This document shows, in pieces, positions 1 through 7,147 of a DNA stretch of 24,000 bases (position 1 is its first letter; each line of letters starts with the position of its first letter). The DNA is from Planctomycetota bacterium (GTDB lineage: Bacteria > Planctomycetota > UBA1135 > UBA2386). The stretch covers positions 6,086 to 30,085 of the forward strand of contig JADLHO010000209.1 in assembly GCA_020848735.1 (NCBI GenBank), written 5' to 3'. A model generated the notes under the pieces. That model did no database searches. It was not told where the DNA came from and worked only from the letters and a program-made list of their open reading frames with translations. A program made the translations under genes and the position numbers.

Positions 1-1
1 C

Positions 2-1240
2 GTGCTCGGCATGGTCATGGTCCCCGCCGGGCTCTTCCTCTACCGCAAGCGCCTGAACGAGCGCCTGGAGGCGCTCGCCGACAAGCCGGTGTCCCTCGCC
101 CGGGCCGTGGTGGTGCTGACCGCGATCAACTTCGCGGCGATCGGCACGCTCGGCTACACGGGCGCGCATTACATGAGCTCCGTGCAGTTCTGCGGCACGG
201 CCTGCCACGCGGCGATGGACCCGGAGTACGTCGCGTTCCAGCGCTCGCCGCACGCGCGCGTCGACTGCGTCGCCTGCCACGTCGCGCCGGGCACGAAGGG
301 CTACATCGAGGCGAAGCTCAACGGCACCAAGCAGCTCTACGGCTTCCTCACCGACAACTACCGCCGGCCGATCCCGACGCCCGTCGAGCACCTCGTGCCC
401 GCCAAGGACACCTGCGAGCGCTGCCACTGGCCCGAGAAGTACCTCGGCACCAAGCTCAAGGTGAAGTCGCACTACCGCGAGGACGAGAGCGTCAGCGGAT
501 TCACGAACGTGCTGCTGATGCGCACGGGCGGGACGCGCGCGGATGGGCAGACGGTCGGCATCCACTGGCACGTCAACCCCGACGTGACGATCGAGTACGT
601 CGCCAGCGACGAGAAGCGCACGCGCATCCCGTGGATCCGCGTGGTCCGCAAGGACGGCTCGGAGATGGTCTTCACCTCGCCCGGAGCCTCGCACGACGCG
701 CCGGCCGGCGAGCGGCGGAAGATGGACTGCAACGACTGCCACAACCGCTCGGCGCACGCCTTCGACCTGCCCGATGCGGCGCTCGACAACGCGCTCGCCG
801 CGGGCCTCATCCCGCGCGATCTGCCCTTCGTGAAGAAGTACGCGATGGAGGCGCTGACCACCGACTGGACGCGCGACAACGCGAAGGAGGGCATCCGCCA
901 GCACCTGCAGCAGGCCTACGCGAAGAGCGGCCAGCTCGACGAGACGACGCGCCAGAAGCTGGAGAAGGCGATCGAGGAGGTCGCGGCGATCTGGCTGCGC
1001 AACGTCTGGCCGGAGCGGAAGCTCGGTTGGAACGAGTATCCCGACCTCGCGACGCACGTCGGCTGCTTCCGCTGTCACGACGGCAAGCACGTGACGAGCA
1101 GCGGGCACGCGCTCTTCGGACCGGATCTCACGGCGAGCAGCAATCCGTCGCGCGATGCGAGCTGCGATCGCTGCCACGTCGTGCTCAGCGAGAACGAGGA
1201 GGACCCCGCGGTCCTCGAGTCCCTCGGGCTGCGGCGCTGA
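2..1240 (+). CDS. Membrane-anchored multiheme c-type cytochrome with a NapC/NirT-like N-terminal module (candidate inner-membrane quinol dehydrogenase, functionally analogous to CymA/ImcH). The 5' end probably lies outside the window.
   Basis: The frame is open to the window edge. Two hydrophobic helices (LGMVMVPAGLFLY, AVVVLTAINFAAIGTLGY) precede FCGTACH..RSPHARVDCVACHV..KLNGTKQLYGF..CERCH, which follows the spacing pattern I recall for NapC/NirT/NrfH proteins. Further motifs are CNDCH, CFRCH and CDRCH. Total: 5 CxxCH plus 1 CxxxCH. Stop TGA at 1238-1240. Third codon positions are mostly G/C. Confidence 0.8.
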   Translation: MLGMVMVPAGLFLYRKRLNERLEALADKPVSLARAVVVLTAINFAAIGTLGYTGAHYMSSVQFCGTACHAAMDPEYVAFQRSPHARVDCVACHVAPGTKGYIEAKLNGTKQLYGFLTDNYRRPIPTPVEHLVPAKDTCERCHWPEKYLGTKLKVKSHYREDESVSGFTNVLLMRTGGTRADGQTVGIHWHVNPDVTIEYVASDEKRTRIPWIRVVRKDGSEMVFTSPGASHDAPAGERRKMDCNDCHNRSAHAFDLPDAALDNALAAGLIPRDLPFVKKYAMEALTTDWTRDNAKEGIRQHLQQAYAKSGQLDETTRQKLEKAIEEVAAIWLRNVWPERKLGWNEYPDLATHVGCFRCHDGKHVTSSGHALFGPDLTASSNPSRDASCDRCHVVLSENEEDPAVLESLGLRR

Positions 1241-1251
1241 CGGGTTCACCG

Positions 1252-3087
1252 ATGACCAGAGCCCGGCGCCAGCTCAGCCTCGCGACGCGCGCGGTCGGCG
1301 CGGCGCTCCTCGCCCTGCCTTGCGCGCGGGCGCAGGAGCCCGAGCTCTTCGGCCCGCCGCCGCCGATCGGCGCGGCTGCGGCCGACCCCACGCGCGCCGT
1401 CGACGAGTCGGACGCGGCCGCGGCGTTCCTGCGGCGCAAGCTCGGCTTGAGCGCCGGGCCCGGCGGCTTCGGTCCGCCGATCCCGCCCGACTTCGTCCCG
1501 CCGGGACCGCCGCAGCCGCGCGTGCGGCCGCCGGTCCAGGATCCGAAGCCGGCCCCGCCGCCGCCACGCGTCGACGAGACCGACACGGCGCGCGGCGCCC
1601 TCGAGCGGATCATCCCGCGCGCCGAACCCGCGCGCGAAGCGCCCCTGCCGGTGGTGCCGCCGCTGCGCCCGGCGCCCGAGCTCCAGGACCCGGCGCGCCC
1701 GGCGACGGGTGAGCTGCAGGATCCGACGCGTCCCGTCGATCCGACGCAGCGCGCGGGTGAACTGCTCCAGCGCGTGCTGCCCGAGGCGAAGCCGCCGGAC
1801 TCGACGCTCGCGCCGGATCGACCGCAGCCAGAAGCCCCGCTCGATTGGACGCAGGCGGACGCGCGGTTTGCACGCGGGCGCGCGTCGCTGCGCTACCGCG
1901 GGCGCGAGGGCGACGGCGACTCGGATCACGACCTGATCGCCTACCTCGACCTCGATCTCGGCTCGGCCGAGCGCGACCCGATCAGCGCTCACGTGAGCGG
2001 GCGCGGCTATGCCGACCTCGACGGTCACGAGGACGACGGCAACTTCAACGGCCTCGACGAGACGCTCGGCGACGTCGTGCTCCGCCTCTACGAGGCGTAC
2101 CTCGACGTGCACGCGATCGACGAGCTCGAGGTGCTGCGCGTCGGCCGTCAGCCGCTCGTCGAGACGCCGGTGGAGCTCTCGTTCGACGGCCTGCGCGCCG
2201 AGTCGGCCCGCTTCTCCGCGATCGACGGCTTCGGCGGCGCCTACGTCGGCGTGCCGGTCCATCACTACGAGAGCTCGCACTCCGGCGATCTCGTCGTGGG
2301 CCTCAACGCGGGCGCGAGCCCCTGGGAAGGCGCGCGCCTCCGCGCCGACTTCATGCACCTCGAGGACGAGCTGCGCACGAGCTCGCCGACCGACGATCTC
2401 TTCGGGATCTCGCTGCGCCAGCGCCTGCTCGAGCATGCGACGCTCTTCGCGAAGCAGACCTGGCGCGACGGCGATCCGCGCGACTTCGTGCTGCGCGGCC
2501 GCGGCGAACTCGTCGACCTCGGCCTCGACCTGAACGCGGGCTACCGCGAACTGCTCACGGCGCAGCGCGCGCTCGTGACCGAGCTCGATCCCTTCCACGA
2601 CGTCTTGCTCGAGGAGCAGCCGTACCGACTCGCGGATCTCGAGCTCACGAAGGACCTCTCCGAGACGGTCTCGGTCGCGGTCGGCGGCGCCGTGCGGCGC
2701 CTCGCCGATCTCGGCGACGAGGGGCAGTTCAACCGCGAGTACGAACGCGTCTGGCTGCGGCCGATGCTCGACGATCTCTGGGTCGATGGGCTCTCGCTCG
2801 CCATCTCCGCCGAGGCCTGGCGCGCCGACGGCGATGCCGTCCGCAGCCTGGCCGGCGACCTGAGCTGGCGCGTCGACGACAGCCTGCGCTTCTCGCTCGG
2901 GACGGCCTACGACCTCTACAAGTACGACTCCTTCACCGGCATCGAGCGCGAGCACGTGCGCAGCTGGTATCTGCGCGTCGTCTCCCAGCCGCAGGCGCGG
3001 CTTCGCCTCGACGGCGGCTACGAGATCGAGTCCGCCGAAGGCGAGCACTTCCACCTGTTCCGCGTGGGCATCACATGGAGCTTCTGA
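1252..3087 (+). CDS. Secreted outer-membrane beta-barrel protein (611 aa) with a roughly 170-aa proline-rich N-terminal extension. Candidate porin component of the cytochrome cluster.
   Basis: ATG at 1252 lies 11 nt after the upstream stop and is in frame with tracked ORF 631..3087. Signal peptide MTRARRQLSLATRAVGAALLALPCARA/QE. A Pro-rich low-complexity segment is followed by about 400 aa with alternating-hydrophobic strand patterns. The LRLYEAYLDV...LRVGRQPL motif recalls alginate-export-type barrels. The C-terminus ...HLFRVGITWSF ends in an aromatic residue, typical of BAM substrates. The 631-1251 part of the tracked ORF overlaps the upstream cytochrome out of frame and is discounted. Confidence 0.7.
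   Translation: MTRARRQLSLATRAVGAALLALPCARAQEPELFGPPPPIGAAAADPTRAVDESDAAAAFLRRKLGLSAGPGGFGPPIPPDFVPPGPPQPRVRPPVQDPKPAPPPPRVDETDTARGALERIIPRAEPAREAPLPVVPPLRPAPELQDPARPATGELQDPTRPVDPTQRAGELLQRVLPEAKPPDSTLAPDRPQPEAPLDWTQADARFARGRASLRYRGREGDGDSDHDLIAYLDLDLGSAERDPISAHVSGRGYADLDGHEDDGNFNGLDETLGDVVLRLYEAYLDVHAIDELEVLRVGRQPLVETPVELSFDGLRAESARFSAIDGFGGAYVGVPVHHYESSHSGDLVVGLNAGASPWEGARLRADFMHLEDELRTSSPTDDLFGISLRQRLLEHATLFAKQTWRDGDPRDFVLRGRGELVDLGLDLNAGYRELLTAQRALVTELDPFHDVLLEEQPYRLADLELTKDLSETVSVAVGGAVRRLADLGDEGQFNREYERVWLRPMLDDLWVDGLSLAISAEAWRADGDAVRSLAGDLSWRVDDSLRFSLGTAYDLYKYDSFTGIEREHVRSWYLRVVSQPQARLRLDGGYEIESAEGEHFHLFRVGITWSF
1678..1743 (+). repeat. Two tandem imperfect 33-nt (11-codon) repeats inside the Pro-rich linker of the barrel gene
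   Basis: GAGCTCCAGGACCCGGCGCGCCCGGCGACGGGT (ELQDPARPATG, 1678-1710) is followed directly by GAGCTGCAGGATCCGACGCGTCCCGTCGATCCG (ELQDPTRPVDP, 1711-1743). A looser pair lies nearby: ERIIPRAEPA and QRVLPEAKPP. Confidence 0.7.
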
Positions 3088-4127
3088 TCGGGCCGAAGAG
3101 TCGACCGCGCGGGGCGCCGCGGCGGCGCGTGCTGGCGCTCTGGATCGGCGTTGCGCTCACCGGCCTCTCGGTGGCCGCGTGCCTCGGGCTCGCCGAGCCG
3201 CGTCGCAGCGAGCCGTCGTTCCCGCACGCCGTGCACCTGCAGGACAAGCAGCTCGACTGCGCGTTCTGTCACGGCACGGCGCGCTCCTCGGACGAGCCGG
3301 GCATGCCGCCGCCCGAACTCTGCACGACCTGCCACGAGCGCTTCGATCCGGAGAAGCCCCCGGAGCGGCGACTCGCGGCGTTCTACGGCGAGCGCGGTCG
3401 CTACCGAAAGGTCGCCGATGCGACGCTCCCCGAGGACATCCGCTTCTCGCATCGCCGGCACGTCACCGACGCGCGGCTCGATTGCATCGACTGCCACGGC
3501 GATGTGGCGGCGCAGACCGAGGTCCCGCTCGGCCCGCTGGTCGTGAAGGACGACTGCATGAGCTGCCACGAGCGGGTCGGCAAGCGCAACGAGTGCCGCG
3601 AGTGTCACGTCGGGATCGATCGCTCGACGCGGCCGCCGACCCACGACGCCGGCTTCGGCCGAGCCCACGGCGAGGTCTTCCGCCACGCGTCGACCCGCAG
3701 CGTCGACCGCTGCACCCTCTGCCACGACGAGGCGACGGGTTGCAGGGCCTGCCATGAGCGTGAGGCACCCCGCGATCACGACAACGGCTTCCGGCTCCGC
3801 GGTCACGGCCTCGTCGCCGCCTTGGACCGTGCGCGCTGCAGCACCTGCCACACGCGCGACTCCTGCACCGAGTGCCACCAGGACACCCGACCCCGCAGTC
3901 ACCGCGCCGGCTTCGGTGCACCGGCGAACCGGCACTGCGGCGGCTGCCACTCCTCGGCCGCCGAGGAGGGTTGCGCGGTCTGCCACCAGGGCACGCCGAG
4001 CCACGCGGCTGCCAACCCGCTGCCGGCCGACCACCATCCGGGCATGAACTGCAGGATGTGCCACGGCAACGGCGTCGTGCTCCGTCACGAGGACCCGGGT
4101 CTGAGCTGCACGAGCTGCCACCGCTGA
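3075..4127 (+). CDS. 13-heme c-type cytochrome (350 aa), c3/c7-like. Candidate periplasmic or barrel-inserted electron carrier, possibly lipid-anchored.
   Basis: ATG at 3075 lies within ATGGAGCTTCTGA, overlapping the barrel stop codon (3085-3087) by 13 nt. The N-terminus RRRVLALWIGVALTGLSVAAC is a signal with a lipobox-like VAAC. There are 13 CxxCH motifs: CAFCH, CTTCH, CIDCH, CMSCH, CRECH, CTLCH, CRACH, CSTCH, CTECH, CGGCH, CAVCH, CRMCH and CTSCH. FPHAVH..CAFCH and IRFSHRRH..CIDCH resemble c3/c7 units. The 1845-3074 part of the tracked ORF is an Arg-rich out-of-frame shadow of the barrel gene. Confidence 0.85.
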   Translation: MELLIGPKSRPRGAPRRRVLALWIGVALTGLSVAACLGLAEPRRSEPSFPHAVHLQDKQLDCAFCHGTARSSDEPGMPPPELCTTCHERFDPEKPPERRLAAFYGERGRYRKVADATLPEDIRFSHRRHVTDARLDCIDCHGDVAAQTEVPLGPLVVKDDCMSCHERVGKRNECRECHVGIDRSTRPPTHDAGFGRAHGEVFRHASTRSVDRCTLCHDEATGCRACHEREAPRDHDNGFRLRGHGLVAALDRARCSTCHTRDSCTECHQDTRPRSHRAGFGAPANRHCGGCHSSAAEEGCAVCHQGTPSHAAANPLPADHHPGMNCRMCHGNGVVLRHEDPGLSCTSCHR

Positions 4128-4204
4128 GGCTGGGCGCGCTCGGAGCGCTCGGCCTCGCGGATCGCGGAAGCGCCCTGAAGCAGGGTGGATTCGCCTGTCG
4201 TCCG

Positions 4205-4243
4205 GCAGCAGCGTTTTCTCGCGTGAGCGGAAAGACGCTGCCG
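4205..4243 (+). other. Long imperfect stem-loop with a GTGA (GNRA-type) tetraloop in the 180-nt spacer between the 13-heme gene and decaheme gene 1
   Basis: GCAGCGTTTTC (4208-4218) pairs with GAAAGACGCTGC (4230-4241) with one bulge. An inner CGC/GCG stem closes loop GTGA (4223-4226). No U-tract follows, so this is not a canonical intrinsic terminator. Confidence 0.3.
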
Positions 4244-4307
4244 CGTCCGTGATTCGACCGGAGACGTCCGTCACGGAAACGTCATCCGTCGCCGGAGCGG
4301 TTCGATC

Positions 4308-7088
4308 ATGAACGCCAAGGACCATCGCTCGACTGCGGCTCGCCATGCCCGCGGCGGGCTTCTCCACTGCTTCCTGCTCACCGGCCTGCTCTTCGGAGTC
4401 TCGGCCTGCAACGACAGCAGTGATCCCGCCCCGATCGGCGTCGCCGACGACCCGGTCGTCGGCACCTACGACGCCTTGCCCGGGGTCGTCGTCGCGATCC
4501 AGCGCGTCTACGGCGGCTCCGGCGCCGGCGGCGCGTTCCGCGTCGGCGACAAGCCGAAGGTGGACTTCACCATCGCGCGCAACGACGGGGAACCGCTCGA
4601 GCTCTCGCGCATGACGCGCGGGGCGATCATGGTCTCGGGTCCGACCGCGAACTACCAACGCGTCATCGCCTCGCAGTCCGACCTGATCGCGAACTCCGCG
4701 AAGACCGCGCTCGGCGCCTATACGTACACCTTCTCCACGGCGATCCCGGCGGCGTACCTCGCGCCGCTGAACGACAGCGCGCTGCTCAGCGACGGTGAGC
4801 TCACGGGCCAGGCGCTCGTCGCCGGCACCTACACGGTCGGCATCGAGCTCCGCAAGGACTACACGGTCGGCGAGACGACCTATCGCGACCCGGGCATCGC
4901 GACGGCGGACTTCCTCTTCGGCAGCGCGACGACGATCGCCGCGCGCGAAGTGGTGAAGAACGACAACTGCACGCAGTGCCACGGCGAGGTCCGCGCGCAC
5001 GGCAACAACCGCAATCACGTGCGCTCCTGCGTGCTCTGCCACACGGCGGGCGCCGAGGACGGCACGGGTGGCGGCGCGAGCGACGTCACGCCCGGCGCGA
5101 CGATCGACTTCGGCGTGATGATCCACAAGATCCACTCGGGGCGGCATCTGCCCTCGGTGCTCGGCGTCACCACGAACGCCGACGGCACGCGCAAGTACGA
5201 CTCGACCCCGCAGCCCTACCAGCTCATCGGCTTCCAGAACTCGGTGCACGACTACTCGGAAGTCAGCTTCCCGCAGTGGCCGAGCTTCTACACGGGCATG
5301 CCGCGCGACGCCGGTCACACGACGCTCTCGACGACGGCGCAGGGCCTCGAGAACACGATGCGCGCCGCGCCGGTCGGCTGCGCGAAGTGCCACGGCGATC
5401 CCGACGGCAGCGGCCCGCTCACCGCGCCGGCCCAGGGCGACGTGATCTTCACGAATCCGACCCGTCGTCTCTGCACCTCGTGCCATGACGACTGGGATCC
5501 GGCCAAGCCCTACCGCTCGAACACTTCGACGATGCCCGAGCAGAACGACGATGCGACCTGCAAGGATTGCCACGGCGTGAGCGGCGATCCGCTCGCCGTC
5601 GTCGATGCGCACCGTCACCCGCTGGTCGACCCGGCGCTGGCCACCGGTGTGAACTTCGACGTCACCGCGATCACCGACGTCGGCGGCAACGCCAACGGCA
5701 AGTTCGAACCCGGTGAGAAGGTCGGCATCACCTTCAGCGTGAAGGACGATGCGGGCAACGCGATCGCGGCCAGCAGCCTGAGCCGCATCGAGGTGGTCAT
5801 CAGCGGGCCGACGACGAACCCCCAGGCCCTGAACTACCAGCGCTTCGGCCAGGCCTTCTTCAGCGGCACCGGCCCCTACACGGTGAACATGCCGGCGATG
5901 TACTTCTACGAGCCGGTGGGCAGCTCGACGGCGGCGCTCGAGACCTTCACGACGGCGAACACGCCGCACTGGAACGTCACGAATGCGTTGACCTCGCTGC
6001 TGCGTCGCACGGGCACGGGTGCCGGCAGCACGCTGGCCGCCGCCGCCGCCGTGACGCAGAACTACATCGACGTCGCGCCGGGCACCGGCACGAGCTTCGC
6101 GAAGGACAACTACATCGTCATCGACGACGGCAACGTCAACCTGCGCGAGTACATGCCTATCCAGTGGGTCAACGGTGACCGCCTCTGGTTCGGTTCGCAG
6201 TTCCGCACGGGCTACAAGCCCAACCTCACCAAGGCCCACGCGGCGGGTGCCACGGTCACGATCGCGACGACGGCCACCGTGCCGACCGCGAGCTGGACCC
6301 TCGTCGGCGCCACCGGCGTGATCACGGAGACCGTCGAGTTCGGGACGGGCGAGATCCTCGCGACCTACACCGCCGACTGGGTGATCCCGGCCGTCTATCC
6401 GGGCGCGCTCGACGATTCGCCGGTGAATGGCCTCAACTGGGGCGACTGGACCGGCACGCCGCTGCTCGACGGCACCTACCTCTTCGACATGCACGGCGCC
6501 CGTAGCTTCACCGTGACCGCGGTGGGTGGCGAGGCGACGAGCTACACGGAGGGTGCCGACTCCACCGTGGTGCCGATGCTCTTCGGCGCCGCGACGGGCG
6601 TGGAGACCGTGGCGCGCATCGAGGGTGCCGCGACCTGCTACGCCTGCCACGACAACATCCAGTTCCACGGCGGTAGCCGCCGGAGCTGGGAGACCTGCAT
6701 CAGCTGCCACGGCACCGCCGGTGCCGAGAACACGCTGGTCTACGAGAACCAAAGCACAGGCAACCCGCTCGGCACGACCGTGGAGTTCCGCAGCTTCTTG
6801 CACCACGCCCACGCCGAGTTCCTGCCGATCACGCCGGGTGGTGTGATGGACTGCGCGAGCTGCCACGGTGCGAACAACACTGCATGGCAGGTTCCTGCCG
6901 ATCGCCAGCGGCCGAACCAGGTCACCCCGACCCGGAGCTGGATGATCGCGTGCAGCTCGTGCCACGACAGCTCGGCGGAGCGCGCGCACATCGACGCCAA
7001 CACGAGCGCTGCGGGCGCCGAGGCCTGCGCCATCTGCCACGGCAGCGGCGAGGACCTGCGCGTGGAGCACGTGCACGTCGTCCGCTGA
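4308..7088 (+). CDS. OmcA/MtrC-family decaheme c-type cytochrome lipoprotein, copy 1 (926 aa)
   Basis: ATG at 4308 with GGAG (4294-4297) 10 nt upstream. Lipoprotein signal ...LLTGLLFGVSAC. Ten CxxCH motifs are arranged as 5, then a 354-aa Cys-free insert, then 5. CTQCHGEVRAHGNNRNHVRSCVLCHTAG...IDFGVMIHKIH and YQLIGFQNSVHDYSEVSFPQWP parallel Shewanella OmcA as I recall it (CYTCH..LHGGRR..CASCHTA..FTYMIHAIH; YKIIGYGGKVIDYGKVHYPQKP). The second pentaheme unit repeats the pattern (CYACHDNIQFHGGSRR..CISCHGTAGAE..VEFRSFLHHAH). Confidence 0.9.
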   Translation: MNAKDHRSTAARHARGGLLHCFLLTGLLFGVSACNDSSDPAPIGVADDPVVGTYDALPGVVVAIQRVYGGSGAGGAFRVGDKPKVDFTIARNDGEPLELSRMTRGAIMVSGPTANYQRVIASQSDLIANSAKTALGAYTYTFSTAIPAAYLAPLNDSALLSDGELTGQALVAGTYTVGIELRKDYTVGETTYRDPGIATADFLFGSATTIAAREVVKNDNCTQCHGEVRAHGNNRNHVRSCVLCHTAGAEDGTGGGASDVTPGATIDFGVMIHKIHSGRHLPSVLGVTTNADGTRKYDSTPQPYQLIGFQNSVHDYSEVSFPQWPSFYTGMPRDAGHTTLSTTAQGLENTMRAAPVGCAKCHGDPDGSGPLTAPAQGDVIFTNPTRRLCTSCHDDWDPAKPYRSNTSTMPEQNDDATCKDCHGVSGDPLAVVDAHRHPLVDPALATGVNFDVTAITDVGGNANGKFEPGEKVGITFSVKDDAGNAIAASSLSRIEVVISGPTTNPQALNYQRFGQAFFSGTGPYTVNMPAMYFYEPVGSSTAALETFTTANTPHWNVTNALTSLLRRTGTGAGSTLAAAAAVTQNYIDVAPGTGTSFAKDNYIVIDDGNVNLREYMPIQWVNGDRLWFGSQFRTGYKPNLTKAHAAGATVTIATTATVPTASWTLVGATGVITETVEFGTGEILATYTADWVIPAVYPGALDDSPVNGLNWGDWTGTPLLDGTYLFDMHGARSFTVTAVGGEATSYTEGADSTVVPMLFGAATGVETVARIEGAATCYACHDNIQFHGGSRRSWETCISCHGTAGAENTLVYENQSTGNPLGTTVEFRSFLHHAHAEFLPITPGGVMDCASCHGANNTAWQVPADRQRPNQVTPTRSWMIACSSCHDSSAERAHIDANTSAAGAEACAICHGSGEDLRVEHVHVVR

Positions 7089-7147
7089 CGCCTCGCGACG
7101 ACGAGGCGTCTCGACACGGTCATCGTCCGCACCGCGGACGGTGACCG
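7087..7147 (+). terminator. Two consecutive GC-rich hairpins immediately after decaheme gene 1. Possible partial terminator, attenuator or mRNA-processing/stability element between the paralogs.
   Basis: Hairpin A: GACGCCTCG (7087-7095), loop CGACGA, CGAGGCGTC (7102-7110). It is a 9-bp perfect stem that overlaps the stop codon. Hairpin B: CGGTCATCGTCCGC (7117-7130), loop ACC, GCGGACGGTGACCG (7134-7147). It has 14 bp with one G-U pair and is followed by TCTGCATTCC, a weak U-tract. Confidence 0.45.

Noticed and set aside
631-1251. N-terminal 207 codons of tracked ORF 631..3087, and the antisense 602-aa ORF 1246..3054
   Set aside because: The 5' part overlaps the NapC/NirT-like cytochrome out of frame and is Arg/Gly-rich. 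A proper signal peptide starts at ATG 1252, right after the upstream stop. The antisense ORF has no features.
1845-3074. Upstream 410 codons of tracked ORF 1845..4127
   Set aside because: This is an extremely Arg-rich out-of-frame shadow of the barrel gene. The cytochrome's signal sequence and first heme motifs start only after ATG 3075.
3075-4127. Calling the 13-heme protein MtrA and the barrel MtrB
   Set aside because: Heme number (13 vs 10), motif spacing (paired CxxCH modules, c3/c7-like units) and barrel size (about 400 aa vs about 700 aa, no N-terminal CXXC) do not fit my recollection of MtrA/MtrB. Neutral names are kept.
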